Positions 1 to 13,384 of a stretch of DNA of 64,000 bases are shown here, piece after piece (the first letter of the stretch is position 1; the number at the start of each line of letters is the position of its first letter). The notes beneath the pieces are model-generated. The model had not been told where the DNA came from and made no database searches. It was given only the letters and a program-made list of their open reading frames with translations. This DNA comes from Macrostomum lignano. Lineage: Eukaryota. The position numbers and the translations under genes were made by a program. The stretch covers positions 434,001-498,000 of the forward strand of contig NIVC01000434.1 in the NCBI GenBank assembly GCA_002269645.1, in the 5' to 3' direction.

Positions 1-1810
1 CACTTTGTAACCGATGAGAGATCTCAAAAGTCCTAGCCCTGATCTCAATTATATCGAAAATCACAGAAGTAACTAATTATTGTAACGAGATAACGGGAGG
101 GAAGAGCATAGAGTTAAAATAATACTAGTTTTCTATTCTAAAAAACTATGCAATCCTAAAGAATTGTTTTTCAAAAAAAAAATAAGTATCAGTACTGACG
201 CGACAGCTTTGAGCCAATCGTATTATAATAAATTTATTGAACTTTAACGTGTGCGCTACGCAGATACAATGAAAAGCACATTTAAAACACAGAAAGGATA
301 TTAATAGGAAATGTTGGTGCTGTGCTGTCAACAGAATATTAAGACTATTAACGCCTGAAAATCAAACAACCACACTATAATTTCTAAAAAACAAATCCGC
401 ATATCTATAATAGAAGAACAGATCGCAGGAAAATCCCTAACATTCCAAATATTTTACGCAACTATTATTTACCTACTTGAAAAAAAACTTCAAATTTACC
501 TATGCACTTAGCTAACACAAGCTATCCTGCAAATCTGGAAATCCGCTGGAATTCTCAAACTTAGCAAATACTTTTAGCATATGGATTTATAACTTGATTT
601 CTTACCAAACTGCATCTATTAGCGTATAAATCGATCAACTTTAATAAGGTACCTAAAGGTATATGATAGCCAAGAAAGTGCTTAACATCAAAAAACGAGC
701 AAAGTAATCAAGAATGATCCGAATCAATTTTTGAAGCATGAAATCTGCGCAAGAACGTACATTACTTAAGTAGATAATACAACGCATCGATGACATTGAG
801 AACTGGAACCTGTAATATAAGAACGTGACTCGGCTTGTACATAGAAGACTCTGACAGGTTAGCATTTTGAAGTAGACAACGCACATGACACAAATAAACT
901 AAGATCGAGACAACAATTCACCTATACTGCAATTTTATCTTGAATACATTGGTTAATCTAGGCGTGTGTGTTAACAATCATAAATATGAGTACATATTTG
1001 CTGCAAGGCGTTGCTGATTATTTTCTGATCTAATCTGAAGCTCTTAAACAACTCAATTTTAATGACAACAATAAAGCCACGAGCGCTAACCCACTAGAGT
1101 TACACGGGTGAGAAGGTTGGATTAATGAGAAACAGGCCAGAGAATTGCACAGATATTATATTATTTACAATTTACAAACGACACCAAACAATGCAGGATT
1201 TTCGTGGCAGAATTAAAAAATCATAACCTTAAACAGTAATAACAGCTAACTAAATACACACAAGGCGAATTGACGAAATAGGAACATGTACTGGTGCAGG
1301 GAATAACGAGGTTTATATTATAACCCGGAGCATTAAACAAAGATAAATACTAGCTTAAGCAAATTACTAAAATTTCAATAAAGAACAATAAGGACATCAA
1401 AATTTCATTGCTAAAGTCACGAGAACAAGCGTATAACTATAATAAGTTTATTGTGCAGGTTTCAACACTTGAATACACAATCAGCGACTGTTTTACATTT
1501 GTAGATGTCTGATACTATGAAGGTACAACACCAAAAAGACACTGAACGCAAATAATAAAAAGAATTTATATACCTATAATTGCTAATAACAAATAAAAAC
1601 AATAGTACATACGGAATTTCAACTAAATAACAAAATGGCATACTTTAAATTTCCGCAACACTAAACCTTGAAACGTTTAGAAGATTACTTATTAAAAAGC
1701 AGGGTTCAAAATGAATAATCTAAACGTACAATACTTGTAAATTTGCAACGAAATCTATTGAAGAAAAATTAGGCAAGTGCTTTCTCAAATCTTATTTGAT
1801 TCTACTTTTT

Positions 1811-2433
1811 CTAGAGCTGATCCAAGTTGCAGTAAGTGAGGCCAGGTGCCACAGAAGCTGCGGCACCAGACGCAGAGGCGGCGGCTGCAACAGCGAACTC
1901 GGTAGACTGGATCGCAGGAAGTGGTCTTTGTGTAACATTATCGGTGCCACCGCCATCACCTGCTCCATGCACTTTAGCATGCAATTTCAGGTAGCCGGCT
2001 TGGTTGAACACTTTGCCGCACACAGTACACGGGAATGACTTTGGCTTACCGTGGATCTTCTTGTGCTTGTGAAAGGTTGATCGATCAGTGAAAGTTTTGC
2101 TGCAAACCTCGCACTGGAATGGTTTAATTCCATTGTGTATATTCATGTGCGTTTCGAGTTGGGTCTTTTGTACAAACGCCTTGCCGCACAATTTGCATTG
2201 GTAGTTGCGAATCCCAGCGTGAATGAGCTCGTGCCGATGAAGATTCATAGGATTGGCGAACATTTTCTTGCAGATGCTGCACGTGCGGTCAGAGTCAGCG
2301 TTGTACTTATCGGCTGTGTTGCAGGCCGCGCGCATGTGGAGCTTGTAGCGCCAGGCAAGGCGGAAAGATTTGCCACATGTCGAACAGGTATGACTGTACG
2401 GCAGGAACCGGTTAGGAGCACCCGGCTTTGAAC
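1811..2433 (-). CDS. C2H2 zinc-finger protein, terminal exon (one C2HC + four C2H2 fingers)
   Basis: ORF 1811-2335 extends upstream in frame (SKPGAPNRFLPYSHTCSTCGKSFRLAWRYKLHMRAAC) to acceptor ttttAG at 2435-2434. Phase 1 matches the donor at 2931. Fingers CxxC-x12-HxxxH have HAGIRNY/HNGIKPF/HGKPKSF linkers. Confidence 0.88.
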
Positions 2434-2499
2434 CTAAAATTCAAATTTCTATGAATAAATTTTCGAGTCGTCACATCTCCGCCTCTTGCTGGGTCTTTT

Positions 2500-2835
2500 A
2501 TTAGAGACAGGGCACCCTGGTGCACTTTAAGCGACATTGTCACACAACCGGCGAGAGGCATTACTGCCCATTCCGCTAACTCCCCTGAGCAGGCACACAA
2601 GCGCGCTGATACGTACGCAGTGTCATACGCACAGGCACACACTCACAAAGGACACTTTAGCCTGTGCTAGGCATGTACACTCAACTGTGCCTTTGGGGCT
2701 GACTTGGCCCTTAAGAGCGTTAATGGCTTTACCAGATCCAAGCTGAGATTCTAATTAATGTCACTGCATTTGGAATCGAGCATGGGCCGCTGGCACATAG
2801 AGCGCCGCGCACTAGACCACTAAACTATGGCCGCC
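2500..2835 (-). mobile_element. tRNA-derived SINE-like element, copy 1 (intronic)
   Basis: Minus strand starts GGCGGCCATAGTTTAGTGGTCTAG (A-box-like) then GCTCGATTCC (B-box-like). The body aligns by eye with 4205-4555. The 3' boundary is approximate. Confidence 0.62.
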
Positions 2836-2931
2836 TTTCTTGCTGGATTGTAAAGGGGTTATATAAGGGAAGAATCAATACCGTTTCAAATCATGGCGAA
2901 AGGTTGTAAGCTGAATTGAATGACTTCTTAC

Positions 2932-4000
2932 CGTCAGTTGGCGACAATCCAGCCGCATCGTCCATATTTCGTTCGCACACGTCAAAGTGCCGATCAAGCT
3001 GACCAGCATCAGAAAATGTCTGGTCGCAGTAGTGGCATGTGTAAGTGCTGTGAAATGCCTGATGCACAAGCATATGTCGCTGAAGGGTGCAGGCGAAGCT
3101 GAAGCTGCGGTCGCAGACTGTGCACTGGTGTGGCCGCTCCGTGCTGTGCGCCCTTTGATGAGCGTTGAGCGCATCCAACTCGTTAAACTCTTTGCAGCAG
3201 TAATAGCATCGGAGCCGATTGGCATCGAATTCGCATTCAAGATGAAAACGTTCGTGCTGCTCAACATCGTCCTCTGAGCGGAAGCCCAGGCCACAGTGGC
3301 TGCAACGATAGGCTTCCGCTGCAGCGGCGATAGCAGCGTCCGCATCTAGCTCATCATCTGCTGCAGTGGATGCTTCAACTTTAAGCGTCACTTTTTCGTG
3401 CTCACACATGTAGTGCTCTAGGTAGTCTCTTGACGAGGCAAACATTACTGGCGGTTGACACAAGCGGCACGCATAAATTGATGAAGACACAGACGCTGCG
3501 TTGCCAGCGCTAGTGCCGCTTCCACTAGCGACTCTGGTGTCCGATTTGGCATCGCCAGGAGCACCTCGTTCGCAACTGCCACTTTCCTCCAACAACAAGC
3601 TAATTCTGTTGCAAGTGCAGTCGATGCACAAAACAATGAAGTCGCACGCGTCAGATCGGCCATTTTTTATTCTGGACAATGGCGATCCGCAGGTCTCGCA
3701 CAGGCCAAGACTGCTGCTGGCTTGGACGGCCACTGTGGGAACAGCAGCAACTGCTGATGGATCGGGAGCATCGATCACAAGAGATGCAAAGGGATCAGCA
3801 TCAGCAGCGTTTGGCACATCCTGCGCTGCAACCAGAGCAGACTGATGATCACTCTGCTCAACTTGCTGGGGGAGATCATTAGACTGCTTGTGCCGATGGT
3901 GAGATGACTGGTTCTGATCAGCAATCATTGTCACTTTTTGCGGCCGACTATTTTTACGACGAAATTTTCGATCCGAAAGGAAGTCGTCCCCAGATGAGTG
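2932..4000 (-). CDS. C2H2 zinc-finger protein, middle exon (five fingers plus Cys-rich N-terminal segment)
   Basis: ORF 2891-3934 with fingers such as CSHC..HERFH, CYYC..HQRAH and CTVC..HMLVH. Donor G|GTAAG at 2931 joins the 2433 exon as GGT (Gly). The frame stays open upstream to acceptor aaaacAG at 4002-4001. First in-frame ATG is at 3928. Confidence 0.82.
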
Positions 4001-4204
4001 CTGTTTTAAGATTAAAAAAGGCGTTTGTTGATTGTTGATTGGTCAAAAAAGTTATTAACGCAACAAAAAAGCAAAACAATCAAAACGACTGAAAACTAAA
4101 ACTTTAACATAAACAAAAAATTAAAACTGAGAGCATGAACACAAAAAAATGTATGGTTAAATTTCTTTGGGGAAGTGATTTCAAGCTTGAATATTTTTAT
4201 TAGA

Positions 4205-4555
4205 GGCGAAGGGGCGGCTGTGTGCACTCTGGAGCACTTGAAGCCACGTTATCACACAACTGGCGAGCCATTACTGCCCGTTCTGCCGACTCCACTGAGC
4301 AGGCAAGTGTGCAGTCATATTCACAGGCACACAAACAGGCATACAGCGGGCCTAACTTCATTTAATTGTTATGCATGTACACTTCACTGTGCCTTAGGGC
4401 TAGCCCTCAATCAAGGGTGCTAATTGTTACAATTGTACAAGCAGACCCAAGCAAAGACTCCAATTTAGCCAAAAATTAATGTGACTGCACTTGAATCAAG
4501 TTTGGGCAGCTGACACATCAGAGCAACACACTAGACCACTACGCCATGGGCCCCC
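4205..4555 (-). mobile_element. tRNA-derived SINE-like element, copy 2 (intronic)
   Basis: Minus strand starts GGGGGCCCATGGCGTAGTGGTCTAG. It shares cacacaac-ggcgag-cattactgccc, gcatgtacact and ctagaccact blocks with copy 1. Confidence 0.62.
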
Positions 4556-6894
4556 TAAAGCTTTTGTAAGCTAACTAATAATATTCAACTCATTTTGATC
4601 TTATCTAATCCAAACATTTTAAACTTTGAATCGAAATGAAACTTGCAAACAGTATGTGTCAACTGTCAATTACTCAAACTTGTAATACTTGTAAATGAAA
4701 AAGCAATACTTATAAGTTGACTTTAAACTTAAACTAAAAAATGCTCAATTTTTTATAAATTACTTACATAACTAATTTAAAAGTGGCTAAAATGAAAATT
4801 GATAAAGATGTTGGCAGTTTCATTTACAGGATTTAAGGATATTTTTATCCCTGTAAAGATAAGCAAAAGTATAAGATTAAGTCTAATTTAGCAATATACT
4901 AAGATAAATGGAGCCAAGAAATTGCTATGATTAAACTTGTGAGGAAATATGTAGCTATACCCACGACTAGAAGCACATGGTAATTTCTAAGCACTATATG
5001 CTTGCAATTGCTCAAGCACCTCTTACTTTCCTCAAGATGTGCTACCTGTTATCCTATCCTTAATTCCCTCTCACTAAAATATTCTTACTTTCTTAACTAG
5101 TTAGCTTTGTTGCCCCCAGTTAAGAAATGACTTTTAATATGTTAAAATATGTTTATTATAAAAGGAAAGAAGAATTAAAGCTACTAGTTATAGCAAAAAT
5201 GATAAAAACATGTCATTTTATAGTCTTTTAATAGACTTTATAGACCTAATATTAACTTTTGAATAATTGTTGCAAATGCTTAAGTTAGATGTTGCTATAA
5301 ATAAATAAAGGATAAAACATAAAAAAATAAATAAGCCATAGATTTGGTTTAAAAAATATATCAAAAATGTTAAAAAGCTTGATTTTGGGCTAAATTGTTT
5401 ATAAAAATAAGTAGAAAAAATACAGAAAAAATTTAATTCAGGAAAGACAAAAAATTATAACTCTAACTTTTTCATTATTTGACCAATTTTAGAAACCAGT
5501 TATAAAGTTGGTAAAGTTTTTGGCATGCTCTATATAGCAGTGCTGTTTTGTTGAGCAATGCAAAGTGCCAAAAAAGGGGTCCTTTTTTGTTACTATGCCT
5601 CTTAGGCCATAGTGCACACTTAATGACCCTTGATATAACCCATGTACCTTAGAGAGTGGCCCATAGGCATCCTATTGCAGCACATGGCTTGTGTGCTAGA
5701 TGCCCAACCTAACTGCACTGCACTATCACAATAAACAGAGATGCGATCCCCTAAAATGCATATGTGCTACAATTAGGCTTTGGCACATTTTTGCTCAACC
5801 CTTAAAGCATATTTGCATATTTTTTAATTTATTCTAATAAGGGCTAAAAATAGTCTAATAAATGCTCTACAACACTTTATTTACCTAAAAAAGCATTATC
5901 CACTTTGTTCAACTAGTATGCTTAGTATTTTTAATATAATGGATAGATTTGACACTTGTAGCTATACTATATAGGCTGTACTATTGCTATTTTACAGATA
6001 CTTAGTTGATTATATTAGCTATATAGAAGGCTAGCTTATACAAGTTATGCAAAAGGTATAAAGCATATATGCTAAGAAGGCTCTATTAAGTAAATATGAA
6101 ATCTATCAACAATGCAATACATAGTTTCAATTGAAATAATAAATGCAACTAATCTATCTTAGTATTGACTTTTAAAATCACATCTTCTATAATAAAAGAC
6201 TTCAAAATAAAAATAGCATATCTTCTTAAAAGATAGCTATATTATAAATTAACAAAACTATTGCTAAATGAAATCTGCATAAACAATGTTAAATGAAACA
6301 CAGTGTTTGAATTTAAGTTAATTTCTTCAATCAAAATTTTCATATCCATACCAACTTTTTAGATAAAAAATAAAATGATCTAGTGAAGATATTTTAATAA
6401 AGAATAAAGATAGGATTTATACAAGGTGCTTTATAGTAGCAGATCTAGAATTTCATTTTGATGAAGGGCATCATGAGATCTCTTTCTATACATTTCCTTT
6501 ATTTGAATGATTATATAACGAAAGTGAATAGAGACATCCCTACTCTTGCCAAGAATTATAGCTTACGATTAATTAGGGTAATTGTGCTTTAAATATATTC
6601 CACTGATATGCCAACAAGACTCCTATCTTTTACATAGGGGATCATATAATGTAAGTGCCATGTTCTATAGGACAAATATAAGGGGATTGTAAAATGAAAA
6701 AATGTCCCATATTTTATTTGTTTTTAAAAATATTAGTCCTGATGTTTTCATTTTTTAATTTAAATAATTAATAATACAGTGTACATAATTATCACAATAG
6801 CAAAAAGGTCATTTTATTATTGCCCATAGTCCAGAAGGTGGCCTTTACACCCTTGATGACAATCTTGGCATACACTTGGCATATATAGAATTTT

Positions 6895-7596
6895 TAGTGA
6901 TGGATCAAAATTCGATTTCAATTTTGATATTCCCAATTTCAAAACTAATTTTGCATTGAAATAATTTTGATTTTGATTTTGAATTTTGACACCATTCATC
7001 GAAAATAATTTTGAAATTTTGGATATTTATATATTAACAATTTAGACATTGATGATCATGCTACACGAGAAAGAAAATCTATAGGAAATGAAAGGAAGTG
7101 CAGTTCAAAGACTCAGTAGGGAGGTGAGAATCGCCTTTTCTATAAGAAAGATTGTGCGGGGCACACACTGTTTCAGGCCTTGTGCTGCACCCACCTCAAC
7201 CTCTACAAGCCCACTGGCTGAACTCATTGGCATGGATTTTAATTGGCTAAAGACTTAAAGCCTTAATGAAATGGATATCGGCTACTCGTATCTAGATCTC
7301 CAGCTTAAACAGTGGTGAAGTATAATACAACTTCTACTATATTTCTATGTACGAGTATATAATACATAATACATCAGCATTTTCTATTTCATTTTTTAAA
7401 GTAAGTTAAATCTTAAGTATTCTGGTTTAAACATATCAAAGATACTTTTTATAAAATATATAAGCTCATATATGCAGAGGCAAGATGTTAACCCTTTGCA
7501 TGATTAGCAAAAAAGTAAAAATTTGTTAAGCTCAAAAATTTTGATTTCAAATTCAACTTCAATTTTGATTTGAAAAAATTTTTTGATCCATCACTA
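6895..7596. mobile_element. hAT-like MITE (702 bp)
   Basis: TIR TAGTGATGGATCAAAA / TTTTGATCCATCACTA, with a perfect 8-bp TSD AGAATTTT at 6887-6894 and 7597-7604. Confidence 0.85.
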
Positions 7597-7632
7597 AGAA
7601 TTTTCGGGCTTAACACTGAGTGTACATAGTTG

Positions 7633-7815
7633 CAGTGGCGCAACCAGGGGGGGACGGTTGCCCCCCTCTTAGGTGGGGGACCGAAAAAAAATCAAAGGGG
7701 GGACCAAGCGAATTTTCGCCAAAAACAGAGCCACCCCTCTGCCGCCCCCCCCCTTCCCGGGACTTTACTCTCAGAATCCACCCCCCTCCTTGAAAAATTT
7801 CTGGTTTTGCTACTG
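7633..7815. mobile_element. Short hAT-like MITE
   Basis: Imperfect TIR CAGTGGCGCAACCAG / CTGGTTTTGCTACTG. Flanks CATAGTTG vs CATAGACT give only a partial TSD. Confidence 0.5.
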
Positions 7816-8664
7816 CATAGACTTACAAAAAATGGCCAAGTTCAAGTCTAATATATAATGTTTATAGTACAATTAAATATTTATTAATGAAAGCTTTTTT
7901 AAGAATAATTAGAAACAAAAATTATAAAATTATTGCAATTTTAAAGAAAAATTGAATTAAAACAAACTTTAATTTTTAGCAAAAATAGCCATTTTAAAGT
8001 TAAGTAAAACTCATATTTTAAATATATATTCTTTAAAAAAAGTTGCATATAAACAACTTCAGACTTAGCATAAAAAATTATTTTACATCTGCATAAAATT
8101 GAAAAAAAATCTTTTTGATATATGCTTGTCATGATCTGGATTATGATTTATTACAAATTGAAAAAAGCTTTTATTGTTGCAATGCTTTATAGGCCCATAT
8201 AGAAATCATAATTGCTAGTTATACACCACTTGCAATTTCCATGGCAGTCAAAAATGATCTTGTGTGGCCAACATATCATGAGAGTATGGCATTAGGGAAC
8301 TGCTAGGTATAAAAAAATATAGATACCAAAAATAAAATACTTAAAAGTTAAATAAAGATACTTTTGACATTTAATAAATATAAAAAATACTAAAAAATAA
8401 CCTTCAAAATCTCAAGTCCCTACTATGGATGGCTTTACAACTAAAAAGACAGACAAATGAAATTTAAAAAACTGCTTTTTACTATATTATTAATATTAGG
8501 CCTAGTGCTAGGCCTATAATATGGAAAAATGAATGCCTTTTTTCCCAAATCAAATAGAAACGTTTAACAGGTGCCATTTGCTATATATAGCTCTATTGGG
8601 GCTTGAGATTAGATCTTAAGTAGCAAATTGCAATGGCAGTTGTAGAGTTAAAAATGTAACTTAC

Positions 8665-8847
8665 ATGACTATCAAATGATAGCTCGCCATTTGAACTTGA
8701 AGTATTGATGTTCACGTTTTTGTGTAGATCTGTAGAATCTATATCCAATTTTTCACTTTTTATAACCCGTGAAGGAATGGCTTCAGTAGAATTCGGCTTA
8801 TGGTCATGAAGTTGGGACGAACTTGTTACAGAAGCAGACGTTAACAT
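8665..8847 (-). CDS. Putative first coding exon of the C2H2 zinc-finger gene
   Basis: ATG at 8847 with an upstream in-frame TAA. Perfect donor CAT|GTAAGT at 8664 in phase 0 matches the phase-0 acceptor at 4001. It encodes an IKSE (SUMO-consensus-like) motif. The joined CDS is 1875 nt = 624 aa. Confidence 0.5.
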
Positions 8848-10518
8848 AGCTTACTTATCTATCAATGATTATGTTTAGCAAGCCTAAAGCCTATGCTGAA
8901 GGCTACAGCAAAGCGATGTCCTGACTTGCAACTCAACTCGGGTCCCTAGCCTTATATGGCCTAGTTTTAAATTAGGGCCTAGCAATAATATATGGACTAA
9001 GGGCCTAGACTAGAGTTAGAGATTATATGATTTTGCTGATGAGTTTTCTCGTTGACGTTATTCTTAGCGATTAAGAGTTAAGATAAGCTTGTCTACCTCT
9101 GATAAAGCAAACTTAGCCACAAACTACAATAAATTCGAGTTTAACTACAAACAGAATTCTCGTCCTATGGTTTAGTCTATGTTGTAGTCAGAAAGATGTT
9201 AAACCGATAATCCCTACCCGTGAACGTACAGTATGGTTAAAATACAATTATTTAAAAAATTGTACAGTCTACCAAAATATGTCTTAGCATGCTTTGCTTA
9301 AAAATATATAACATTTTGACAACATTTAAAACTCGATATTATATTTTTGTTGTTCAAAAAACATTACTTTTTGTCTATCTTGTTATTCTACATAACGTTA
9401 AGTAAATCAAACGGATTTTTTTCTGTTTTGTCTGTTTCTGCTTTTTCTGTTTGGGTCAGAGCTACAACTTTTATTGCTTCAGAGTTTACATTGTAGGCAG
9501 TTACATTCTACATTCTACACATAAAATTTTTTTGGGATTTATACAGCTAAATAGCGACATTTTCCGCAAAAAATTTTCTTAGTAGCAGATCAAGGATCAC
9601 TAGGAAAACTTCGATATAGTCTAGTACATGTAGTCCTTGTAGCAGATTTGACTGCCCTTCGGCCTTCGTACTGTACTGTCATAGGCCTAGCTGCATCACT
9701 GTTTCATGGATAATCATCATGCATGATCCAATTGTAGCATTGGAGATACATTTAAAATTAAGGCATTTTTCGTAACCTTATAATAATTAGTGTGAGAAAA
9801 AAGTTATTGTTACTGCACCCAGCCTTTTCCTGGAAAAAAATTCACGCTCAGTCGATCACCTGCAATAAAATCATGCATTAATTTCTATCAGAACTCAATT
9901 CAAGCCAGTAGTATACTAATTGCTGACTCATGCATCAAAGCCGCTCTTATCTAATGTAAGAATTATTCACCAGCTATAGGAAATCAGAGGGCCGCATCAC
10001 GCTTTTGGAGAGTTATTACATGTAATTGGCCTGAAGATATAGTCTGCATAAATTTGTAAGTACAGTATAGAAATTTTATAATTTGTTCAAACTTACATTT
10101 TCCAGGCCATATAGTCTCGCCTAACCCCCATGCAAAAATTCCTCTCTCTGTCCCTGAATAAACAATTATGCGATGCAGTTTCCAACTTGAAGTGAACCTT
10201 TTATTGGCTATATGACTTCGAGATTTATTGACAGCAAAGTGAAACTGCAGGCTGCTGGTTCAGCAGCATGTTTGGTTCAGCCCGTATGGTATAGCAATTT
10301 GTCCATCGAAACCCGATTTCGAGAGAGCTGCAGTGGTTGGTGAGCCAGTTGCATGGGGAGGATGGCGGCGGATTGAGCTTTAGTATTAAAAGCTTAGCTG
10401 ATTTGATTCTATACCTTTCGATTTTTTGCTGCTTTGATTTTAGCTTGTCTGCAGACTTCGATCTTATAGCTATAAGACCCATTTGCAGATGCTTGACACA
10501 TTATTGCTACTATATTGG

Positions 10519-10857
10519 CAGGCGCGTCGCCGCCGAGGGGGGACAGAAGGGGACATTTCCCCTCCAGTAAAAGCTATGGGGGGACATGCCAATGCTTTGT
10601 CCCCCACACCCCTGCACCAGCTTGTGACCCGTTGTGGTAATCAATAATTTTTCTTCAGGGCGCCAAAATACAGCGCGTTCGGCGCCAAAATGAAAGACTG
10701 CGGCGCTAAAAAGAATGCCTGCGGCGCCAAAATGAGTGCCTGCGGCGCCAAAATGAGTGCCTGTGGCGCTAAAAGGAATGCCTGCGGCGCAAAAATGAGT
10801 TCCTGCGGCGCTAAAAGGAATTCTTGCGGCGCCAAAAGGAGTATAGCGATGCCCCTG
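10519..10857. mobile_element. MITE-like element with internal 21-bp minisatellite
   Basis: Ends CAGGCGCGTCGC / GCGATGCCCCTG. About 8 units of tgcctgcggcgccaaaatgag lie at 10670-10840. No clean TSD. Confidence 0.5.
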
Positions 10858-11059
10858 TATTCCGTACAGCAAATAAATAGTGCAAAATTATTTGGAGGCC
10901 CTCTTGTTACGTGTATTGTACCCTTTTGTCGATGGTTTTCGGCAGTAAGCCTGTCGGCAACATTTCAATTGTCTGCCGGCTGTTTTTTAGATTGTTGCCT
11001 GAAAATTAACGAATGCATTTAGCTATAGAAAAAATCGAAACATGACGCAAAACAACAAA

Positions 11060-11560
11060 AAACAATGAAGGAGTACTGAGCGTAGTTTTGTTCCTCTGTC
11101 ACAAATGAGTTCGACAAGAACTCCATTGCAACGCTTGAATGATTCTCCGGTAATTATGTTTTCCTGGCGATTGACGGACTGGGATTCCAGGTGCCGTTGA
11201 AGGGACGCACGAAAACAGATGAGAGACTTCGGTGCGTAGTATGTTCAACCCTAGCTGCTCTCGAAGAGACGAATATAAAAATTTCAGATAATCGTTCAGC
11301 AATCGATCCGGTGCACGCTGAAACTCCTGGCAGAGCCCCTTCTCATTGATTAACTGGCCGAGCCTTACCACGTGAAGTTTCGTTGAGTCTCGGTCGATTT
11401 CGGCACAGATTCATTCTCAATCCGGTCCAGCATTTGGTGATATTCGCTAGTCAACTCAGGTAGCACTTCGGTACTGGACGACGCATTCAAATTGTTAATC
11501 TCTAGAACAAAGCGATTGCTCGACTCTCGGATGACAAAAGCCAACTTTTCCGTGGAGAGA
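11060..11560 (-). pseudogene. Crypton/KCTD1-type tyrosine recombinase relic, N-terminal part
   Basis: Disrupted frames read NESVPKSTETQRNFTW*VRL...DRLLNDYLKFLYSSLR, then after a frameshift YYAPKSLICFRASLQRHLESQSVNRQENIITGESFKRCNGVL. This resembles the Crypton/DUF3504 segment Y..SL..R..I.RHL...NI...F...N..L (recognised by eye). Confidence 0.6.
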
Positions 11561-11642
11561 GTCCACATCCACATATTTATCCGCCAGGAATGTTTTCGTA
11601 TTTCAAAGCGCCATAGACAAGAATTGACTAGAAGTATAAGAT

Positions 11643-11754
11643 AACACCCCAGATTTGTTTCTTTGGCGTATAGAATGGCTGAGGCTTCGCCTCTGCCTAG
11701 AAACGCATCCTCAGCCATTCTTTACGCCATAGACAGCAAATCTGGGGGGGTGTT
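11643..11754. repeat. Near-perfect inverted repeat (~42-bp arms, 24-nt loop)
   Basis: aacaccccagatttg...agaatggctgagg / cctcagccattct...caaatctggggggtgtt. Confidence 0.8.
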
Positions 11755-12129
11755 GAGCAGCCCTCGTATTTGTGCCGTCTCGGCCCTAGGAAGCATAGAC
11801 ATATTTCTATTGTGTCATACTTCGCGGGCCGCATCACTTCATTTCGGCCAGCTCCTAGATGCAGGGCTAAGCAAAGTATGCAGTTTTCGATAGACCATCT
11901 TCTTTACCATATACTATAATCCCGGGCCGAATCGTTGTTTCTGCCCGCAGCGTGGCTGAGTGCAAAAACTGGGGTGGGGGGCTTCGCCCCCACATTTCAA
12001 CCATAGATAAAATCAACCAGAGTCTGACTACAGTTAAGTAGTGGATATCAGAATTCTTTTCATTCTGAATTTAACTTCTTTTTTTGTTAACCTGCTGAGC
12101 TAGAGAAAAATGATCAATTTGTCAAGAAT

Positions 12130-12487
12130 TGCGACTGGAGATATCTCCGGATTTGACACTCTATGGATGAAATCAAGGCTGTAACAGGTCAGTGTTCAGT
12201 TGTTTTTGTAGTGTGCTAAGTTATTGATTATAGCATCACTCTAAATAAACCGATTTTTTGTAGGTCATCGCCGCGATGAATCCGTCAATCGATACATCAA
12301 GCGCATCTCTGAGAAGAGAAAGATCCAGGTTTCTCGCAGTCTCACGGAAGCATTGCACTCAGAGTCGAAGATGTCGAAGGTGGTTTCAATGGAGCACCGC
12401 CAGACGGAGTACAATGAGCCTGGCCCGTCGCGCAACCCAATAGCTACTCTGGAGAAGGATGGAGCTAAAATTAGCTTCTTCTTGTAA
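12130..12487 (+). pseudogene. Crypton-type tyrosine recombinase relic, catalytic C-terminal part with a 76-nt intron
   Basis: MDEIKAVT-G|GT at 12188 and ttttttgtAG at 12263 splice to give EIKAVTGHRRDESVNRYIKRIS, the box II TGH..x..Y motif. Stop TAA at 12485-12487. The upstream frame is disrupted. Confidence 0.65.
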
Positions 12488-12701
12488 AAGAGGCAAGCGG
12501 TGAATGGAAGCAAGATGTGAACCTGTAACGGACAATGAATTTTGCTAGCAAAATGTATGTGACAATTATGGTTATTTGTTACAAATTTTAAGTATACGTT
12601 AATTACGAGTACATATGTTATACTCAATCGTTCTGGCAAAAGTTTGGCCATAGACTAGCCTCACATATCTTCATTTCGGCCCGCGCGATGTGGCCTGTGA
12701 A

Positions 12702-13074
12702 CATGGATGAATGAATAGAATGGATTGCTATTCTGGCTCTGGCTATTTTCGTTTTTGACTCTTTTGCATCCAGTTCCCCCCCGTGCCTTTTCATTGGTTG
12801 ATGATTGCCATAGACAATTTTCGGCCTTTGCCCCTTTCTTTCGATGCACAAGCGCTTTCTTGTTAGTAAATAGAAGTTACTTGTGTTGAAATTGAACTTT
12901 GTTGAAATTCTCAGTTCTTTGCGCTTGTGCATCGAAAGAAAGGGGCGAAGGCCGAAAATTGTCTATGGCAATCATCAACCAATGAAAAGGCACGGGGGGG
13001 AACCGGATGCAAAAGAGTCAAAAACGAAAATAGCCAGAGCCAGAATAGCAATCCATTCTATTCATTCATCCATG
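12702..13074. mobile_element. Long-TIR MITE, copy A (P-superfamily-like)
   Basis: ~155-bp TIRs starting CATGGATGAATGAATAG, with a perfect 8-bp TSD CCTGTGAA at 12694-12701 and 13075-13082. Confidence 0.85.
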
Positions 13075-13278
13075 CCTGTGAAATCTAGACACAATATTAG
13101 TGTTAGTGTGGCTCAGCCAGGCGCTGTTCTGCACTAGCTGATTTCATAGCCCGGCCGTAAAATTTCATGGCCTGCGGCCATTAAATACAATGCGTTACAT
13201 ACCATAGACACTGGACTGAGCCACACTGGGGTTTAAATTTGGCAACAATCGATTTCCTTCAAAAGGTTCCAATAACGA

Positions 13279-13375
13279 CATAGACAGATTCTTTCACGGC
13301 AGCAATTCCTTTACTAGGCTTCGGCCGCTACGTGGCTTCAGCTTACGCAATTGCTGCCGGAAAAATCTGTATATA
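13279..13375. repeat. Small imperfect inverted repeat / micro-MITE
   Basis: catagacagattctttcacggcagcaatt ... aattgctgccggaaaaatctgtatata. Confidence 0.55.
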
Positions 13376-13384
13376 TCGTTACAT

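Noticed and set aside
9060-9260. Possible degraded rRNA fragment
   Set aside because: Only scattered 6-8-nt matches to remembered 18S/28S/16S motifs, with no colinear alignment.
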